Source of the DNA: an uncultured delta proteobacterium
GTDB lineage: Bacteria; Desulfobacterota; Binatia; UBA9968
Direction of reading: 5' to 3'
NCBI GenBank assembly: GCA_963737905.1
Contig: CAVTUQ010000034.1
Coordinates: 64,001-128,000 of the forward strand
Length of the DNA: 64,000 bases
Below are positions 59,952 through 64,000 of the stretch, in pieces. The position numbers were made by a program, and so were the translations under genes. The notes under the pieces are model-generated. The model was not told the origin of the DNA. It did not search any database and saw nothing but the letters and a program-made list of their open reading frames with translations. Positions within the stretch are counted from its first letter, which is position 1. Each line of letters begins with the position of its first letter.

Positions 59952-61763
59952 ATGGCTTTCCCGAAAATCTTCCGTTATTCTTTGAACAAGAAAATTCGCG
60001 GCATTGTCAAATGGATAATGTTCTTGGATACAACCAAACCGCTGGAAAGGCGGCCCGACTTACATAAGGAGCAGGTTGAAAGGATTCTGCTTGTACGACC
60101 TAGTTCTCGTATGGGACATTTGATCCTTGCGACCCCGGCTATATTCTTGTTCCGCAAAAGCTTTCCCAATGCCAGGATTGATTTTGTCGGGTCGCCCACA
60201 TCTGAGAAACTGTTTCGCAACCTTCCGGTTGACCACCATTTTTGCATTCGCCGTTTTCCACTCTCCTTTTGGGCTTACCTTGCCCTTATAAAACGAATAA
60301 GATCCGTAGGGTACGACCTTGCCGTCGATCTTAGTTGTTCAGAGTCAAGCACAGCTTCGTTTATCGTGAGATTTTCTGGGGCACGCTTTCGGGCTGGACT
60401 CCAAGGAGAGTGGGACCGTTGGTTGAACGTTCGGGTTCCTAGACCGCCGGAGGAAAACAGATACACAATCCTACCAGCTTTTCTTAGGTCTCTGGGTGTG
60501 GGAGGACTCGAAGAGACTCTTCCAGCTTTGCTTCTTACGTCTGCAGAGAAGGAGGAGGGAAAGAAGAGAATAGAGACACTGGTCAGGCAGGATCGGGGCC
60601 CTATCGTTGGGGTTTTTGTTGGAGGCAGGAAGTCAAAGGCGAAGAGATGGCCCAGCGAAAATTTCTGTCAACTTATTACAGCCCTTCACTTGCAGGGCGT
60701 GAATGTTGTCACGTTCTTCGGCCCTGAAGAGAAGAACTTGATTGGAGTCTTCAGCGATGCTTTGGACTCGGGGATTCCTTTGGTTTTTGAGCCTTCGCTT
60801 AGAGATTTCGCCGCCATGGTTTCGAATTTGGATCTTTTCATAACGTGCGACAGCGGTCCTATGCATCTAACCTGCGCTTTGCGCACGCGCACAGTCGCCA
60901 TATTCAAAAAACGCGATTTCGACCGCTGGGGTCCTCCTCCCAGTCTGGCAAAGATCGTTCACCAACCGGGCGCCTGTTCGGTCGAGGAGCTGTTTACAGT
61001 TTGTCTTGAGGAACTATTTCTTGATCCCGCTCCGGCTCGGTTTCTCAGGGAGGAAGGGTTTTTAAAATCATCACCCTCGGTGTTTATTTCAGGGATAAAC
61101 AAAACGGTTCGAATGCTCGAGCAGTCGATTGCTCTGCAAAGACTCTTTTTTTTTAAGCGGTGTGTTCAGGGTTTATTCCTTCTCTCGTTCATAATTTGGA
61201 CATGGTTTTTCCCTCCTTCCGGCATATTTGCCGAAGGAACATGGGCGGATGCATTTACTGATACTGTTGGGATTGGAAGTCTGATAGCGGGGGGCTTGCT
61301 GCGAATATGGGCGCTGAGCCATGGCGGGAGATGCACTCGATCGCGCCGAGCTCAAATTCCAAAGCTCATTACCACAGGTCCTTACGCTTATATCCGTCAC
61401 CCTATCCATGTGGGTAACTTGCTCGTCGGACTCGGGATGATTTTCCTTTCGGAGGCGTTTCCCCTCACGCTGCTTTTGCTGGCTTTTTTTGCTTTGCATC
61501 ACGTCATTATCATTCCCGCCGAAGAAGAGTTCCTCAAAGAAAAACTGGGCGACGGGTTTGACCTTTATTGTGAGTTGGTTCCGAAATACATTCCCCGGGC
61601 TTTGCCCGGGCGAGGGTTCTCATTCGGGAGGTATTTTCCTCTCAGCGAGCTTGGCCCTGCATTCGGAATTCTCTTAGCCGGTTTTGTTGTTGAGTGGTTG
61701 GAATCCCCGCTGCATCATGCTTGGGTGCTGAGTCTTACCGGCTTGTTAGGTAAGATTTTTTAA
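59952..61763 (+). CDS. GT9 (heptosyltransferase-like) domain fused to an ICMT/PEMT-family membrane methyltransferase domain
   Basis: ILLVRPSSRMGH, KRWP, ITCDSGPMHL, then TMs with LITTGPYAYIRHPIHVGN and EEEFL..KLG; one open frame, start uncertain (59745-59952). Confidence 0.82.
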   Translation: MAFPKIFRYSLNKKIRGIVKWIMFLDTTKPLERRPDLHKEQVERILLVRPSSRMGHLILATPAIFLFRKSFPNARIDFVGSPTSEKLFRNLPVDHHFCIRRFPLSFWAYLALIKRIRSVGYDLAVDLSCSESSTASFIVRFSGARFRAGLQGEWDRWLNVRVPRPPEENRYTILPAFLRSLGVGGLEETLPALLLTSAEKEEGKKRIETLVRQDRGPIVGVFVGGRKSKAKRWPSENFCQLITALHLQGVNVVTFFGPEEKNLIGVFSDALDSGIPLVFEPSLRDFAAMVSNLDLFITCDSGPMHLTCALRTRTVAIFKKRDFDRWGPPPSLAKIVHQPGACSVEELFTVCLEELFLDPAPARFLREEGFLKSSPSVFISGINKTVRMLEQSIALQRLFFFKRCVQGLFLLSFIIWTWFFPPSGIFAEGTWADAFTDTVGIGSLIAGGLLRIWALSHGGRCTRSRRAQIPKLITTGPYAYIRHPIHVGNLLVGLGMIFLSEAFPLTLLLLAFFALHHVIIIPAEEEFLKEKLGDGFDLYCELVPKYIPRALPGRGFSFGRYFPLSELGPAFGILLAGFVVEWLESPLHHAWVLSLTGLLGKIF

Positions 61764-61828
61764 TCGGTACGGGTTTTTCCGCGCCGCGCTGCGTAATGCC
61801 GATCCCAAGTCTTCTTAAGGTCCGTCAG

Positions 61829-62401
61829 TTAAAGAGCTGGAGATTGGGGGTCAACTTTCCACAAGTAGAGCGTACGCGGTTCGGTAAGTTCCGAAGACGG
61901 ATCATCGGCCGGGTTCACAAACTCAATCTTCGTCGGTTTCCAGTCGTCGATATCGAAATCGTGCGCCACGACTCGCGAGCCCGGCTTTAAGAGCTGCAAC
62001 TTGGGACGCATTTGATTGTTGAACCACTTAAACATATAAAGCGTCACCACAGTGGCCTGGGAAATATCCACGGTGAGGCCGTCGGCGGCGCGGAACTCAA
62101 CCAGATGGCTGACCCCTTCTTCAGCGGCTTTGCGTCTGGCCTGTTCCACCAGTGTCGGGTTCAAATCGACGCCGACCGCTCGAACACCGAACTTCTTGGC
62201 CGCCGCAATGACGATACGCCCATCACCGCTGCCCAAGTCGTAGAGGATGTCTTCCTTTGTAACCTCGGCGAGCTGAAGCATTCGCTCAACAACCAGCATC
62301 GGGGACGGCACGAAGGGAATAGAGTCCTGCGGCCAGGCCTGTGATGGAACGATCGCCACTACCGCCAACACCAACAAAAGTCCAATCCGGTTTTTCAGCA
62401 T
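61829..62401 (-). CDS. Class I SAM-dependent methyltransferase with signal peptide
   Basis: PFVPSP, YDLGSGDGR, ATVVTLY, LKPGSRVVAHDF. Confidence 0.9.
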   Translation of the reverse strand: MLKNRIGLLLVLAVVAIVPSQAWPQDSIPFVPSPMLVVERMLQLAEVTKEDILYDLGSGDGRIVIAAAKKFGVRAVGVDLNPTLVEQARRKAAEEGVSHLVEFRAADGLTVDISQATVVTLYMFKWFNNQMRPKLQLLKPGSRVVAHDFDIDDWKPTKIEFVNPADDPSSELTEPRTLYLWKVDPQSPAL

Positions 62402-62461
62402 TCACCTTACTCCATTTTGATGAGATGTCGGTTTACAGGGATTTTTGCAATCGGCAGAACC

Positions 62462-63160
62462 TCAACCCTTGGTCCTTCGGCCTTGCCCGAAAAGAATCTT
62501 CTTGGCTTCCTGGGTCATCCCAGGAGGCGCCGGGTTAATGGTTTTTGCGATCGCATAGGCCCGTTGCACTGCTTCGCGCCCCTGGATGGTCTTGAACCAA
62601 CGCTTGAGGTTCGGAAAGTCATCTAGATTTTGGCCCTGCCGCTCATGAAGGACGATCCAGGGATAGCAAGCCATATCCGCGATCGAATATTCACCGGCGG
62701 CAAACTCGCGATCGGCCAGCCGTTCGTCGAGCACTCCGTAGAGACGCTCGGTTTCTTTGACGTAGCGATTGATCGCATAGGTAAGTTTCTCGTCGGAGTA
62801 GTTTCTAAAGTGATGATTTTGTCCAAGCATCGGCCCCAACCCGCCCATTTGCCAGAAGAGCCACTGCATGACCTCCGTGCGGCCGCGCAGATCCGTCGGC
62901 AGAAACTTGCCGGTCTTCTCGGCGAGATACTGAAGAATCGCACCGGACTCGAAGACGCTGATCGGTTTGCCGCCGCCGGCCGGATCGTTGTCTATGATCG
63001 CCGGAATGCGGTTGTTGGGAGAAATCGCCAGAAACTCCGGTTGAAACTGTTCTCCTTTACCGATGTTAACCGGTTTGATGGAGTAGGGGAGACCGGTCTC
63101 TTCCAAGAATATGGTGACCTTGTGGCCGTTAGGCGTCGTCCAATAGTAAACATCGATCAT
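62462..63160 (-). CDS. yfcG: Glutathione S-transferase, Nu class (YfcG-like)
   Basis: TTPNGHK, ISPNNRIP, FESGAILQYLAEKTG, WLFWQMGGLGPM. Confidence 0.92.
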   Translation of the reverse strand: MIDVYYWTTPNGHKVTIFLEETGLPYSIKPVNIGKGEQFQPEFLAISPNNRIPAIIDNDPAGGGKPISVFESGAILQYLAEKTGKFLPTDLRGRTEVMQWLFWQMGGLGPMLGQNHHFRNYSDEKLTYAINRYVKETERLYGVLDERLADREFAAGEYSIADMACYPWIVLHERQGQNLDDFPNLKRWFKTIQGREAVQRAYAIAKTINPAPPGMTQEAKKILFGQGRRTKG

Positions 63161-63219
63161 TTTTTTGCTTTTCCCTTCATTCAATTAGGTATGAGGCGCA
63201 ATACTCGTCAAAACAGATT

Positions 63220-63408
63220 AACCGCAAAGAACGCAAAGGTTTACTCGATGGACTCTCTATAACACTAGGCTTAAGAGTTTTCCCAGCTTGAGCAAATTCT
63301 CTGACCGTGGTTCACCATGGATGCAGCACTTGGCCAAAGAAGGCCAGAAGTCGGGCGGGTTTGAAACCCGCTCCTACACGTTTTGTGCTCCTTGCGTTCT
63401 TTGCGGTT
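63220..63408. repeat. Inverted-repeat element enclosing a GTAG-type REP
   Basis: 17-bp perfect IR AACCGCAAAGAACGCAA / TTGCGTTCTTTGCGGTT; internal GGGCGGGTTTGAAACCCGCTCCTAC (63353-63377). Confidence 0.75.
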
Positions 63409-63428
63409 GATTGTCGTACTCTTGTATC

Positions 63429-64000
63429 CTAATGCTTGTCTCGAATCGCGTTGAATACCTTCTCCGCCGTGACCGGAATTTCAAACAGCCGCACACCGCA
63501 GGCGTCGTGCACGGCGTTGGCAATCGCGGCCGGCGGGCTGACGTTGGCATGCTCGCCGATGCCTTTTGCCTCGTAGGGTCCGGGCCCGCCTTTGGACTGA
63601 ACCAGGACCGTCTTGAATTTTGGGATGTCCGCGATGTTGGGGATCTTGTACTCGCCGAGACTTGTCGTCGTGATCTTGCCGTTGTCGGCGATTAACTCTT
63701 CCATCAGGCTGGAGCCGATGGCCATCATCGTAGCGCCGTCGATCTGGCCCTGGTGGCCAATGGGATTTATGATCGTGCCGACGTCGTGGGCCGAGACGAA
63801 GCGATGAAGCTTCACGTGGCCCGTCTCAGGATCCACCTCCACCTCCGCTACCTGGGCAACGTAGGAGGTTGAAGAACCTTTTCGTGGGACCTCCACTTCG
63901 ACGCTTGCCGTGACCGGGCCGCCCGTGGCTGTGACGACTTCGCGCAAGGTCAAAGATTTGCGCGGGTTGTCGCGATGCGAGAATCGCGCCCCTTTATAGA
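63429..64000 (-). CDS. Xanthine dehydrogenase family molybdopterin-binding subunit, 3' part
   Basis: AQVAEVEVDPETG, GQIDG, AKGIGE; paralog of 24198-26426; continues beyond the window. Confidence 0.92.
   Translation of the reverse strand, partial: YKGARFSHRDNPRKSLTLREVVTATGGPVTASVEVEVPRKGSSTSYVAQVAEVEVDPETGHVKLHRFVSAHDVGTIINPIGHQGQIDGATMMAIGSSLMEELIADNGKITTTSLGEYKIPNIADIPKFKTVLVQSKGGPGPYEAKGIGEHANVSPPAAIANAVHDACGVRLFEIPVTAEKVFNAIRDKH

Overview
GC-rich bacterial contig. Its gene content (many amidohydrolases, class II aldolases, ABC substrate-binding proteins, Mo-enzymes, GTTCAA/TTGAAC intergenic repeats) resembles uncultured Binatia/Deltaproteobacteria; this assignment is inference only. Left part (1-27.7 kb): catabolic genes; a co-oriented run of unrelated genes at 5-11.4 kb separated by attC-like sites; a GrdE-like/GrdB selenoprotein pair (in-frame TGA at 15042 with a SECIS-like hairpin) whose canonical cysteine motifs are replaced; and a Mo-hydroxylase/SDR/amidohydrolase/VOC cluster. 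Middle (27.8-34.2 kb): a stand-alone MEDS gene converging with three tandem ExeA-like AAA ATPases that have different C-termini, each side with a consensus sigma-54 promoter. Right part (37.9-61.8 kb): an envelope island. It holds two secreted beta-propeller proteins, OmpR- and NarL-type two-component systems, a PAP2 phosphatase, a TolC-MFP-RND pump, FetAB, a porin-like protein, UppS and a GT9 + ICMT-type methyltransferase fusion. A recurring ATTACA-N5-GAAAGG box links several of these genes. Many genes carry single-base indels, densest at 46.9-54.1 kb, which are most likely long-read consensus errors. No rRNA, tRNA, CRISPR array, integrase or transposase was seen.
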